From a virus, in IMG/VR virus record IMGVR_UViG_3300045988_170943, positions 256,001 through 320,000 of that record: 64,000 bases of DNA. One strand, given 5' to 3'. Of this stretch, positions 38,352 through 47,508 are shown piece after piece. Every line of letters begins with the position of its first letter. The first letter of the stretch is position 1. Under the pieces are notes generated by a model. The model saw only the letters and a program-made list of their open reading frames with translations, had not been told where the DNA came from and made no database searches. The position numbers were made by a program, and so were the translations under genes.

Positions 38352-38597
38352 AGCACGCTAGAACTGCAAAACTCGGGTTAGAAACCATCACAGGCAACCC
38401 CAAAGACTACCCGCGTAATCAGGGAGAGAACGGATCATGGCAAAGAAGTATGTTCACCTCAGCCCGAAGACGAATCAAATGGAGGAATGTGTAGGCCCAG
38501 ACAGGTGCAAATACAGGAACCAGAACGTCCCGCACGCTGAGGCTGGAGACACCGCCCGCATCGCCGACATCATGGCAAAGGCACACTCCAACGGGAC

Positions 38598-39752
38598 ATG
38601 TTCGGCACCTCAAGCACAAACAACAAGGACAAAGACTCTGAAGCACTAGCAAGGGTTAAGAAGATCAGGAAAGACCGCGGAGTCAGCACCCCCACAGAAG
38701 GGCACCTGGCAGAAGGACTGGACCGCAACGGAGACTTCAAAGTCAGTTTCCCGCCAACCAGTATCGGCTCCCAGTTCTCCATCGACACCTTTGAAGGGGA
38801 AACCCAGTACACCGTCACAGGACCCAAGGGGTACGACCAGATAGTCGCTGAAGACAGCACCGGCGAGAAACGCATCTTCAACCGTTCAGACTACGGCCCA
38901 TACGTCATAACCAGTGTCCTGAACACGGTGGCTGCACACAATGAAGCCATCCAGGGTGCGCGAGGGTACAGGCTACGTCAGGCCAAGAGCCTCAGAGACA
39001 GTCAGCGCACGTACATGAAAAAGGCGATCAGGGACGCAAGTTTCGATGAAGGTGGCGCAGCACATGGTGGCCTCAACGCCAACAGCATCAAATACGACCC
39101 GAACACTGACACCATAACAATGCATGTCTCCAGGGACGACCACCCCAGGAGGGCGGCAGCCGTCGTGACAGTAGACCGCGCTGGTGACGCCGTGATCAAG
39201 AACGCTATCGACGGCACGCTAGAAAGCGTCCTCAAGAAGAAGGGCGTCAGACAGGAAATGCGTCGCATGTACGAGAGAGAAAGGGATGTGGCTGTCGCCC
39301 AGAACCGGTACGACCGGCTCCCCTATGTGCGCATGACAAACTACCCCGCCCACATCGACGAGTTCATTGACAGCGATGTCGAGTCATTCAGACGTGAGAA
39401 GGAAAACCGCCTCAACATCGCTAAAGCCCGAGTCCGGGACGTCCTCACCGACGAAGACAGTATGAGCACATTCAAGATAGGTAAGGACAACAAGGGTATC
39501 TTTGTCGTAAAGACAGACAAGGTGACAGGAGACACGGCCAGCGGATATATCCAGGTCGGAGAAGACGGAAGATTCAACGGCCTGGAAGAGTACAACAAGG
39601 ATCACAAGGCCACCAAAAAACTACTCACCTCAAGCCTGAGCAGGGTAGCCCCAGCGGACCTGAAAGAACTCGCTGACTCCTACAACGCACCAGACGTCAC
39701 CAAGGAAGACCTCGAAAGGTACTACCCACCAAAGAGGACCAGCAAGAAGTGA
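38598..39752 (+). CDS. Hypothetical protein (384 aa)
   Basis: Long ORF with no recognisable motif. Its 5' end overlaps an alternative small ORF at 38437-38649. Confidence 0.35.
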   Translation: MFGTSSTNNKDKDSEALARVKKIRKDRGVSTPTEGHLAEGLDRNGDFKVSFPPTSIGSQFSIDTFEGETQYTVTGPKGYDQIVAEDSTGEKRIFNRSDYGPYVITSVLNTVAAHNEAIQGARGYRLRQAKSLRDSQRTYMKKAIRDASFDEGGAAHGGLNANSIKYDPNTDTITMHVSRDDHPRRAAAVVTVDRAGDAVIKNAIDGTLESVLKKKGVRQEMRRMYERERDVAVAQNRYDRLPYVRMTNYPAHIDEFIDSDVESFRREKENRLNIAKARVRDVLTDEDSMSTFKIGKDNKGIFVVKTDKVTGDTASGYIQVGEDGRFNGLEEYNKDHKATKKLLTSSLSRVAPADLKELADSYNAPDVTKEDLERYYPPKRTSKK

Positions 39753-39891
39753 CCCCAGCCCCTTCACAGGCAGCAACAACCGGCGCACGTACAGAATCCA
39801 TTACGTGCGTCGGTTGTTTACATGTTTGCGTGCTTTAGAAAAACAGGCGTATACACAATCTCCACCCAACCTTCCCCCTTAGGAGGGAACC

Positions 39892-41187
39892 ATGAGCGAA
39901 CAGGCACAACCAGTCAGATACCATGCGACCCCAACAGGGCAGGTTCGCGAGTGTCACGCAACAAAGCGCCGCTGCCCACGAAATCCTCTCCTGCACGGTG
40001 ACACCAAGGAAGAGGTTGAGGCGATCATCCGTGAGGGCCTAGAGACGAAGCACGGCCCGTTCGCCCAGATCTACCGTCCACGCCGCCGCCGCGGCATGGT
40101 TGAACTACAGCCGGGCGAGATCTTCCGTAACAACCACGTGATCACGGAGCAGGAAGCCAAGGTAGTTGAAGACCTGGCGAAGAAGACCAGGAAGTCAACA
40201 CGCCAGCGGTTCCACCGCGACCGCTACGACCTGAAGGGCGGAGACCCAAAGATCGCAGAAGAGCGCCTGAACAAGGCCCGCGAGTACGCCGACAAGCAAA
40301 ACAACCCTCACCTGCTTCAGGAAGTCCGAGAGGCTGACACTGTTCTAGCGAGCGGCAAGTTCTCCAAGGGCGAAGGAGAAAACGCTGAAGAGTTCACATC
40401 GGACGACTACCTCAATGACTACGTGAAGCAAAAGCGAGTCAAGGAAGAGCGGGAGAAACTGGAGGAGAAGATCAAAGACTTCGCCTCCAGGGACGACGTT
40501 GAGCCCAAACGCTACGAGATTGAGAACGATGACAACAAGGTCATTGTTGACATCAAGGACGGACAAGTAGATGAGGACTTCCTGGCAACTCTCCCAAAGC
40601 CTCTCCAGAGGAAACTCACCAAACCTGAACTCAAGGTTGACATAAACAAGGCCCGCGAGCACCTTTCCAAGGAGCAGTTGGCTGACATCACCACAAAGTC
40701 CTCCAAGATTGACGTCATCATTGGACGAGAGCGCATTGTCGGCCAGTACGTCGTTGAGGCTGACACAGAACTAGAGGGAGAGACCAACAAGGAGAAACTA
40801 GAGTCAGGCATGGAGAACCTGTCCCAGGTTTACTCCGACGCTAAGGCATCCTTCGGTGAGACCCAACGCGACATCAAGAAACGCAAGGACAAGATGAACT
40901 CAGCAATGAAGGATGTTGTCCGAGACGAGAACAAGACCGGTAACCCGACCTACATTCCTGCACGCGCCAAAGGCAACGGCCTGATCGCCACCAACACCAT
41001 GCGAGTTAACCAGAATGCCGCAGTCGCCAACCTATCCAAGGATGAACTGAAGAAGGTCTCAGTGGTAGAACGGAAGGCTAATGAGAGCCTGGCAAGGACA
41101 TGCCTAGAGGCAGGCGACATCACCCAGGAACAGTTCGACAAATTGTTTGGTAAAAGAAAGGTGACTGTCACTGTCCGGGAGAAGTAA
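39892..41187 (+). CDS. Hypothetical highly charged (K/E/R/D-rich) protein
   Basis: 431 aa with a GGAGGGAACC RBS upstream. CHATKRRCPRN is a possible small Cys pair. Otherwise mixed-charge helical. Confidence 0.4.
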   Translation: MSEQAQPVRYHATPTGQVRECHATKRRCPRNPLLHGDTKEEVEAIIREGLETKHGPFAQIYRPRRRRGMVELQPGEIFRNNHVITEQEAKVVEDLAKKTRKSTRQRFHRDRYDLKGGDPKIAEERLNKAREYADKQNNPHLLQEVREADTVLASGKFSKGEGENAEEFTSDDYLNDYVKQKRVKEEREKLEEKIKDFASRDDVEPKRYEIENDDNKVIVDIKDGQVDEDFLATLPKPLQRKLTKPELKVDINKAREHLSKEQLADITTKSSKIDVIIGRERIVGQYVVEADTELEGETNKEKLESGMENLSQVYSDAKASFGETQRDIKKRKDKMNSAMKDVVRDENKTGNPTYIPARAKGNGLIATNTMRVNQNAAVANLSKDELKKVSVVERKANESLARTCLEAGDITQEQFDKLFGKRKVTVTVREK

Positions 41188-41203
41188 GAACAAATCCAGG
41201 CAA

Positions 41204-41533
41204 GTGACAAAACCAGACAACCAACAAGGAGAGGTCACCATCATGGCAACTTTCACCGAGACCCTAGTAGACATGTACGTGGACGCCTGGCCGAACCAGG
41301 TGGACAAGGTTGACTCAGAGACCATCGTGTCCCTGAACGGCAACAACACGGAGGTCGTCTTCGAGGCATACCACGACACGGACACATCCGTCGAGTCTGT
41401 GACCGTATACGCTGACGGTATCGACATGGGGACGTTCGACATGCGGTCTGATAAGGAGCAGCAGGAGATGACTGACCTCCTCCTGGACACCCTCGAAATT
41501 GAGGGCGTGGACGACGGTGAGGGGGACGAGTAA
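41204..41533 (+). CDS. Small, very acidic protein (109 aa)
   Basis: About 25% Asp/Glu with a C-terminal EGVDDGEGDE. AGGAGAGG RBS upstream. Confidence 0.4.
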   Translation: MTKPDNQQGEVTIMATFTETLVDMYVDAWPNQVDKVDSETIVSLNGNNTEVVFEAYHDTDTSVESVTVYADGIDMGTFDMRSDKEQQEMTDLLLDTLEIEGVDDGEGDE

Positions 41534-41765
41534 CCTTCAACCTAGTCCTTCTGGTGAGGCCCGCAAGCCAAGGCGAGATAGAGAACCCTAGTTGTTTCTT
41601 CATCGCTCATGGTTTGCGGGCCTCACTGATCATGCCCACCCCAGTACTCTGTTTGACAAAATCTAGGGTAGCATGGCAGTATACGACAGGTACCTCCCGC
41701 ACCACTTTCCGGTACAGATCTTGTTGTAAACCAGTAGTTGTGAAACTAAATGAAGGGATACGGCT

Positions 41766-42509
41766 TTGAGTCAACCAGTCACCCCCACCGATCAGACCGC
41801 AGAAGACCCAGGTGACCTCACCCAGCACATGGGCGCCCACTCGGGTAAGGTCCTCCAAGAGGACGACAACTACACCTATGAGTTGAGGTGTTTCGGCGAC
41901 CTTCAGGAAGGGGATGAGGTTGTAACCACTGGTGGAGAGTGGCAGCAGGTCGCCAGAGCCTACCCTGAGCACATACCAGTGTCCATGTATGAGGTCGAGG
42001 TGGGTGGTACCGTCATGCAGGTGTCTGGGAACCACCTGTTCTATGTGGAGTCCGACCTGGACCGTCAGTTGCACGCCAGCAGACTCAAGACGTCCGCGAA
42101 GACGATCCAGAAGCACTTGTCTCAGAAGGTGTTGGACGACCTGTGGGAGATCGTCAACGATGACAGCGGCTACGAGATCGAGATGCTTCTATCTGATATG
42201 GTGAACCTCCTGGAAGTGTCAGGGAACCTTGAAGTTGAGAACATCATCACCAGGGTCGCTGAGAGCATCGGCCCTATCAGTGAGGTCAACGTGGTCCCAG
42301 AGGACGTTGAGACCGGCCGTCGCGGCAGCGGAAGAAAGGTCGCCGGGTACGATGGGAGACGGTTCGCGCAGCAATTTCTGTCCCTGACCGGGATCCGCAA
42401 GTACCGAAAAAGGTGGCCTGTCATTGTCGGCAGGGTCGTCACCACTGAGGAGATGCTGAACCTTATGGAGTCGTTCAACGTACACCTACCAAACCCACCC
42501 AAACACTAG
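41766..42509 (+). CDS. Hint (intein/hedgehog-like) domain-containing protein, free-standing
   Basis: CFGDLQEGDEVVTTGGEWQQVARAY matches intein block A (Cys then xxGDxVxT). QVSGNHLFYV matches block B (TxNHxF). No terminal HN-Cys/Ser/Thr junction is visible. Confidence 0.4.
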   Translation: MSQPVTPTDQTAEDPGDLTQHMGAHSGKVLQEDDNYTYELRCFGDLQEGDEVVTTGGEWQQVARAYPEHIPVSMYEVEVGGTVMQVSGNHLFYVESDLDRQLHASRLKTSAKTIQKHLSQKVLDDLWEIVNDDSGYEIEMLLSDMVNLLEVSGNLEVENIITRVAESIGPISEVNVVPEDVETGRRGSGRKVAGYDGRRFAQQFLSLTGIRKYRKRWPVIVGRVVTTEEMLNLMESFNVHLPNPPKH

Positions 42510-42617
42510 CACCACCCTAATACGGCTGTCTCACGACAAGGCCCGCACACACTAAAGGCCACTCCGCCGCCCTACTCCAGCAGCAACCCCTAGACCTGGG
42601 GCACTGACAGTAGTCCC

Positions 42618-43361
42618 ATGGGGAATAACCTGACGCGAGCCAATATTCCTACTATACAAGAGACTTTCATGAATCCCAACAAACCTAGGAGAACACCTAT
42701 GAGTGCACTCACCAGCACGGCAGGGGCCATAGATTCATCCTTCACCCCGGTCTACAAGCGAGTCATAGGTTGGGTAGCCGCACAGATGGCTGTCGCCTCT
42801 CTAACTGCTCTCATCCTTGGGCCTATGATCCCTCCAACAATGATCATGGGGATCAACCTGGCTGTTGTTGCTGGCTTGATCGTCATGTCGTTTGTGCGCG
42901 TATCACCGCGTGTCGCGCCACTGATCGCCTTGATCGTACCGGCAGCGATAGGTCTGATCGTTTACGTGAGCGTCAGTCACTATTTAAACGCCGGTATGGG
43001 CGACATCGTGATCATGGCGGCCGCCTCAACCATGGTGATCTTCACTACCCTAGCGGTCATGGCTTGGCGGAGTGAACGCAGCATCGAACGCTGGTCAGGG
43101 AAGATGTTCGCCATCCTTCTGGGGCTGATCGCGCTGGGCGTCCTGAACATCTTCCTCAAGATGACGATGCTGTCGCTTATCATCTCGGGTGCGGGTGCTG
43201 TCCTGTTCTCCCTATATATCTTCATGGACATTCAGCGTATCAGAGACCTCCGACAGGATGACAACGCGACTGCGAGCATGTATGCACTCAATGTCTTCCT
43301 TGACATCGTGAACTTGTTCCTGAACCTCCTGAACATTCTGGGAATCCTCAGCCGACGATAA
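42618..43361 (+). CDS. Bax-inhibitor-1/YccA (TMBIM) family membrane protein
   Basis: Seven predicted TM helices and the characteristic C-terminal signature ALNVFLDIVNLFLNLLNILGI (cf. YLDIINLFLxLLRIL). The true start may be an internal Met (42669 or 42699). Confidence 0.55.
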   Translation: MGNNLTRANIPTIQETFMNPNKPRRTPMSALTSTAGAIDSSFTPVYKRVIGWVAAQMAVASLTALILGPMIPPTMIMGINLAVVAGLIVMSFVRVSPRVAPLIALIVPAAIGLIVYVSVSHYLNAGMGDIVIMAAASTMVIFTTLAVMAWRSERSIERWSGKMFAILLGLIALGVLNIFLKMTMLSLIISGAGAVLFSLYIFMDIQRIRDLRQDDNATASMYALNVFLDIVNLFLNLLNILGILSRR

Positions 43362-43716
43362 GGTGGCAACCCAGGAGCCCTAGCAGAAGGGCTTCATCAC
43401 CAAGGGGTGCTGGCAGGTCCCAGGGCAAGAGGACTGGTCGGCACCCCAGTTCTATGCCCACATGACCCCCAGTGCGAGCAGGAGAGAAAGGAGGTCAGAT
43501 AACTGGGCTTGAATAGGAACATCATCATGGGTGAGCCCAGCATCACACTAGCGGCCACCCAGTCAACTATGATAATATGACCACGCCCCACAGTATGCAC
43601 ACAAGAGCGTCAGCATGAACTGGGGCAGGTAAGGCGGAACCCAGCAGACAGGAGCCTGGGACGCCTTACCAGACTTTACTGTCCACAGAAGGAAAACAGG
43701 ACAAAGGGCACAACCG

Positions 43717-44268
43717 ATGAACGGCATAACGGAACTAGAGAAGATGGTTTCTCGCACACAGGCCATCGTGGTTAACTCCGCGATGGAGGTAATGAGCGTG
43801 GTCCCATGGGATCGCGCCATGACACTGGTCGTGTCGAACGCGGCATACACGCTGATCCCGCGTTCAGATGGCACCCTCGTGCGCAGCCAGTTTCTCGCGC
43901 TACCTAAGCCTCTGGTTGTGTCCCTGAACAAGTATGTCCCAAAGCACCGCACCCCGCAACGCACCAACGACAGTGTTGTGACGAACGAGATGGTTCATGA
44001 GCGGGACCAGTACACGTGCCAGTACTGCGGCGTGCACGTCACTCGTAGTGAGGCCACAGTGGACCACATTCTCCCTAGGTCCAGGGGTGGACGATCCACG
44101 TGGGGGAACCTGTGCACGGCCTGCAAGCGGTGCAACAACCGGAAGGCTGACCGCACCCCACAGGAGGCCGGAATGGCTATGCCGGTCATCCCGGACTGGG
44201 GTGCAGTCAACAAGGGTAAGGCCCTCCAGGATGCCCTCTACGAGATCATCTCAGATTCCTGGAAATAG
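43717..44268 (+). CDS. HNH endonuclease
   Basis: CQYCGVHVTRSEATVDHILPRSRGGRSTWGNLCTACKRCNNRKADR gives the CxxC ... H ... N ... CxxC HNH core. Confidence 0.65.
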   Translation: MNGITELEKMVSRTQAIVVNSAMEVMSVVPWDRAMTLVVSNAAYTLIPRSDGTLVRSQFLALPKPLVVSLNKYVPKHRTPQRTNDSVVTNEMVHERDQYTCQYCGVHVTRSEATVDHILPRSRGGRSTWGNLCTACKRCNNRKADRTPQEAGMAMPVIPDWGAVNKGKALQDALYEIISDSWK

Positions 44269-44476
44269 GGGCGAGATAGAGGTAGGGGAGCAGGTGCACG
44301 CCCTCAAGGCGTCATGATCTACCTGCCTCTACACGCCCCATGATTGACCCTAAACACACACCCTAAAATGGGGTTCACACGGCCCAGGCAGATCACCTCA
44401 ACATGGTCGCTGCCTGGGCCGTAGCCATGAACACCCTTGACAAACCCCACATACTCCCCTACAATACTCCCCAGAT

Positions 44477-47338
44477 ATGTCAACCAAACGAGACGGAGAA
44501 CACATGAGAGAACACGACCCCAAGGTACTTGTGTCTCCGCCTCGCGCGTCCAGGATTCTTCGCCCGCTCATCAATGCCACCGAAGAGAAGGACATTGAGC
44601 ACGCATGGCGGACCCTTCTGGAGGACGGCCTCAAGAAAGCCGTGAAACAGGACGGCGGAACAATCGGCGACGGGTTCGTGTCCACCATCGGTGACGTCAA
44701 GACTGACGGATACATGACCGTCACCACCCCCACAGGCAATTACGGTGTGTTGCTGGAGACGAAGATCAGGAAGGCTCTCACTGGCCCCACCAACACGGAC
44801 ACCAGGGCCAAGATCCTCACCCAGGTCACATACTATGTCCACAATCTCTCAGCGGAGGCTAAACCATCACCGAAAGTCATTATCGTCGCTGATGAGGACG
44901 AGGTGTTTCTCCTGGATGGGGACCTACTGACACCACTCGCTAACCAGACGTGGGATGATGACCCTAAATGGGAAGCAACCCCGTCCAGGGGCTATGACGT
45001 CAACACAGGGCTCTACAACCACCTGAGGAACCTTCAAACCGTGGCTGCCATGCCAGTCTATGAGGTCACCAACCCAAGCGAGGGTGTGGTCCTGAATGCA
45101 GACACGTTCATCAAGGCTGTTCACACCATGGGACAAGGCGGCACCTGTGAGATCATGCGCCATAAGGTTACTGTACGGGACCTGGAGAAAGAGTTTCAAC
45201 GGTTCCACCTGAGCGTGTTCTCAGGTGTCACGGGCCGGGGCGCCTCCAAAAGGCAGATGGCCGTGTTCACCAAGACAATTCTCGGTGATGACACCATTAA
45301 GGTGAAGGACTCTCGCCGCAACACCTGCACTATCACCACGAGTGACGGGAAGACCCTGACTGTGAACGCCATGGATGGGTTCAACGCCTTGGAGTACGAG
45401 ACGTGGCGGCAGGAGCATGCTTGTGGTGCATACACCCCCCAGGAGCGACAGGACATCACCTCCATCTGCGACCGGCTACTGGAGGATGCGGAGCGGCGCT
45501 GGACCGGAGAGTTTTGGACTCCTGAGATCTGGGCTGACCGTATGCGCATCATGGTAGCAGACCACCTAGGAGAGGACTGGACCAGCAAGTACGTCATCTG
45601 GGACCCTGCCTGTGGCTCCAAGAACCTCACCCAAGGGGCAACTTTCGGGCAGCAACAGAAGAATGAGAACCTATACCTTTCAACCCTGTTCAGTGAGGAA
45701 CTGAGTATCGCTGAGGGCATCAACCTGGGCGCGACGGTCTTCCAGCACGACTTCCTCAACGACCCACTGGAGCCCCCTGCAAGCCCCACAGAGCCCACAG
45801 GGGTACCCCAGGCAGGTTACGACACGTGCAGTATGCCACAGCCTAGCACGAGCCTCCAGAACAGCCCACAGGGTGCGACGGCAGGGTTACCGGCGGGCCT
45901 CCTGAATGCACTCAAAGCCAACAAGCCTATCATCATCATCGGTAACCCTCCCTATGGGACCAGCGGAGACCCCAGGAGCAGCAACAAAACCGGGGTAGCC
46001 GACACCACCACCCGCCGCTCCATGATTCACGCCAACGCCGGAGGTCACGCCGCACAAGAACTCTACGCCCAGTTCTACTACCGTGCCGCCCAGATCGCAA
46101 GACACTACGGGTACACCAGCGACTTCCACATCGTTTTCTTCTCCAAGGTGTTCATGACCTCACCCGCACACGAGAAGTTCCTGACCAACCTCACCAGCGA
46201 CTTCACCTACCGAGGCGGGTTCATGCTCAACTCCGGCGAGTTCAACGGGGCCAGCCGGAAGTTCCCCATCATCTGCTCCCACTGGGCACTCGACACTACA
46301 CCAAGCCATGAGCCACAGGTAAGTTTCGATGTGCAAGTCCTCAAGACACAGAAAACCAGGACCGACGTCACAATCACTGACGCGGGAACCAGAACCATCC
46401 GACACGTACAAGATCACGAACGCCTGTCCAAGATGATTCCCGCCCCCACCGGCGACCACATGGAATACGGCACCTACCCTGTAACCAGCAACGGCTTCCA
46501 TGACACCAACAGCACCAGCCCCATACGGGGAAGGTGGGCGCATGGGGCACTCGGATACCTCCAGAAACGCGACAGCGTGGGCGGATCCTACCTCCGAACC
46601 TCCATGCTCACCACAGCCCGCAGACACGGGGATGGCATCATTGTTGACCCAGGGAACTTCACTGAGGCGTGCATGATAATGGGCGTACTCAAGGCCGCGT
46701 TCCTGCACATCCGCGCCAACAAGGAACTCTGGGTGCGAGACAAAGACATCTTCACCCGCCTGCCTGAGCAGTGGACCCGCACCCCCGGCTACAAGACCTT
46801 CCAAACAGACGCAGTGATCTACTCCCTGTTCACAACCGGTAGTTACCAAACCTCACTCGGCAACTACCAGTCACAAGACCAGCAGTGGGACATCCGAAAC
46901 CAGTTCTTCCCTCTCACCAGCCATTTCATGCAGGACATTGCCAGCCGCAACCTCGACGACGGCGGCCACGAAATCCTCCAAGCCATGCAGGAAGACCACC
47001 AGGACCGGTACGCCGCCACATGGATCCAAAAGCAGGAGAAGGCAGGCCACCTCACTTCTGAAGCCAAGGATCTTCTGAACACGTGGTCCAAGATCATCGA
47101 AGCGTCCTTCAAGTACCGGATCATCTACGCCAACACACCCAGAAGAACCGAACAGGGGCTAGAACGCTGGGACGCCGGGTTCATGCAGATTCACCGAATG
47201 TGCCGCAGCGACGACAGGTTCCTCCTCGACGCCAAGATCGACAAGAAGTTACAGGCGCTCTGGGATGACTTCGACCAACAGTATGCCGCAATGGGAGAAA
47301 GAATCTGGGACACGTATACCCAACATGCAGGGTTCTAA
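44477..47338 (+). CDS. Single-polypeptide Type IIG/IIL (MmeI/Eco57I-like) restriction-modification enzyme or gamma-class N6-adenine methyltransferase
   Basis: N-terminal candidate PD-ExK (GDVKTDGY ... VLLETKIRK). MTase motif I VIWDPACGSKNLTQ (cf. DPACGSG) and motif IV IIIGNPPYG. A ~350-aa C-terminal region could be the target-recognition domain. Length 953 aa. Confidence 0.55.
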   Translation: MSTKRDGEHMREHDPKVLVSPPRASRILRPLINATEEKDIEHAWRTLLEDGLKKAVKQDGGTIGDGFVSTIGDVKTDGYMTVTTPTGNYGVLLETKIRKALTGPTNTDTRAKILTQVTYYVHNLSAEAKPSPKVIIVADEDEVFLLDGDLLTPLANQTWDDDPKWEATPSRGYDVNTGLYNHLRNLQTVAAMPVYEVTNPSEGVVLNADTFIKAVHTMGQGGTCEIMRHKVTVRDLEKEFQRFHLSVFSGVTGRGASKRQMAVFTKTILGDDTIKVKDSRRNTCTITTSDGKTLTVNAMDGFNALEYETWRQEHACGAYTPQERQDITSICDRLLEDAERRWTGEFWTPEIWADRMRIMVADHLGEDWTSKYVIWDPACGSKNLTQGATFGQQQKNENLYLSTLFSEELSIAEGINLGATVFQHDFLNDPLEPPASPTEPTGVPQAGYDTCSMPQPSTSLQNSPQGATAGLPAGLLNALKANKPIIIIGNPPYGTSGDPRSSNKTGVADTTTRRSMIHANAGGHAAQELYAQFYYRAAQIARHYGYTSDFHIVFFSKVFMTSPAHEKFLTNLTSDFTYRGGFMLNSGEFNGASRKFPIICSHWALDTTPSHEPQVSFDVQVLKTQKTRTDVTITDAGTRTIRHVQDHERLSKMIPAPTGDHMEYGTYPVTSNGFHDTNSTSPIRGRWAHGALGYLQKRDSVGGSYLRTSMLTTARRHGDGIIVDPGNFTEACMIMGVLKAAFLHIRANKELWVRDKDIFTRLPEQWTRTPGYKTFQTDAVIYSLFTTGSYQTSLGNYQSQDQQWDIRNQFFPLTSHFMQDIASRNLDDGGHEILQAMQEDHQDRYAATWIQKQEKAGHLTSEAKDLLNTWSKIIEASFKYRIIYANTPRRTEQGLERWDAGFMQIHRMCRSDDRFLLDAKIDKKLQALWDDFDQQYAAMGERIWDTYTQHAGF

Positions 47339-47418
47339 TCCCATCAGCCGCACCCTCTTCCTGCCTGCAACCACAAGTCGCCTCTAATCGGCTTTACTGG
47401 CGCACATCACACCACACG

Positions 47419-47457
47419 TACCAGAGGGGGCCTTGACTCAACTAGGCCCCACTGGTA
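47419..47457 (+). terminator. 12-13-bp hairpin (TACCAGAGGGGGCC / GGCCCCACTGGTA) downstream of the RM gene
   Basis: Read directly from the sequence. Confidence 0.45.
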
Positions 47458-47508
47458 CCATCTGGAGCAGATTGCCAGCAATAGGGCACCCAAGAAAGGA
47501 ACACTGGG

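Noticed and set aside
38437-38649. 70-aa ORF (MAKKYVHLSPKTNQMEECVGPDRCKY ...) overlapping the 5' end of the 384-aa ORF.
   Set aside because: Either could be real. The small ORF has a Cys pair but no convincing motif. I kept the longer ORF and leave the small one unresolved.
41572-44281. Exact 12-mer GGCGAGATAGAG found at 41572-41583 and 44270-44281, each just after a stop codon.
   Set aside because: Dozens of exact 12-mer coincidences are expected by chance in a 64-kb sequence, and there is no extended similarity around them. It is not evidence of a repeat family or att site.
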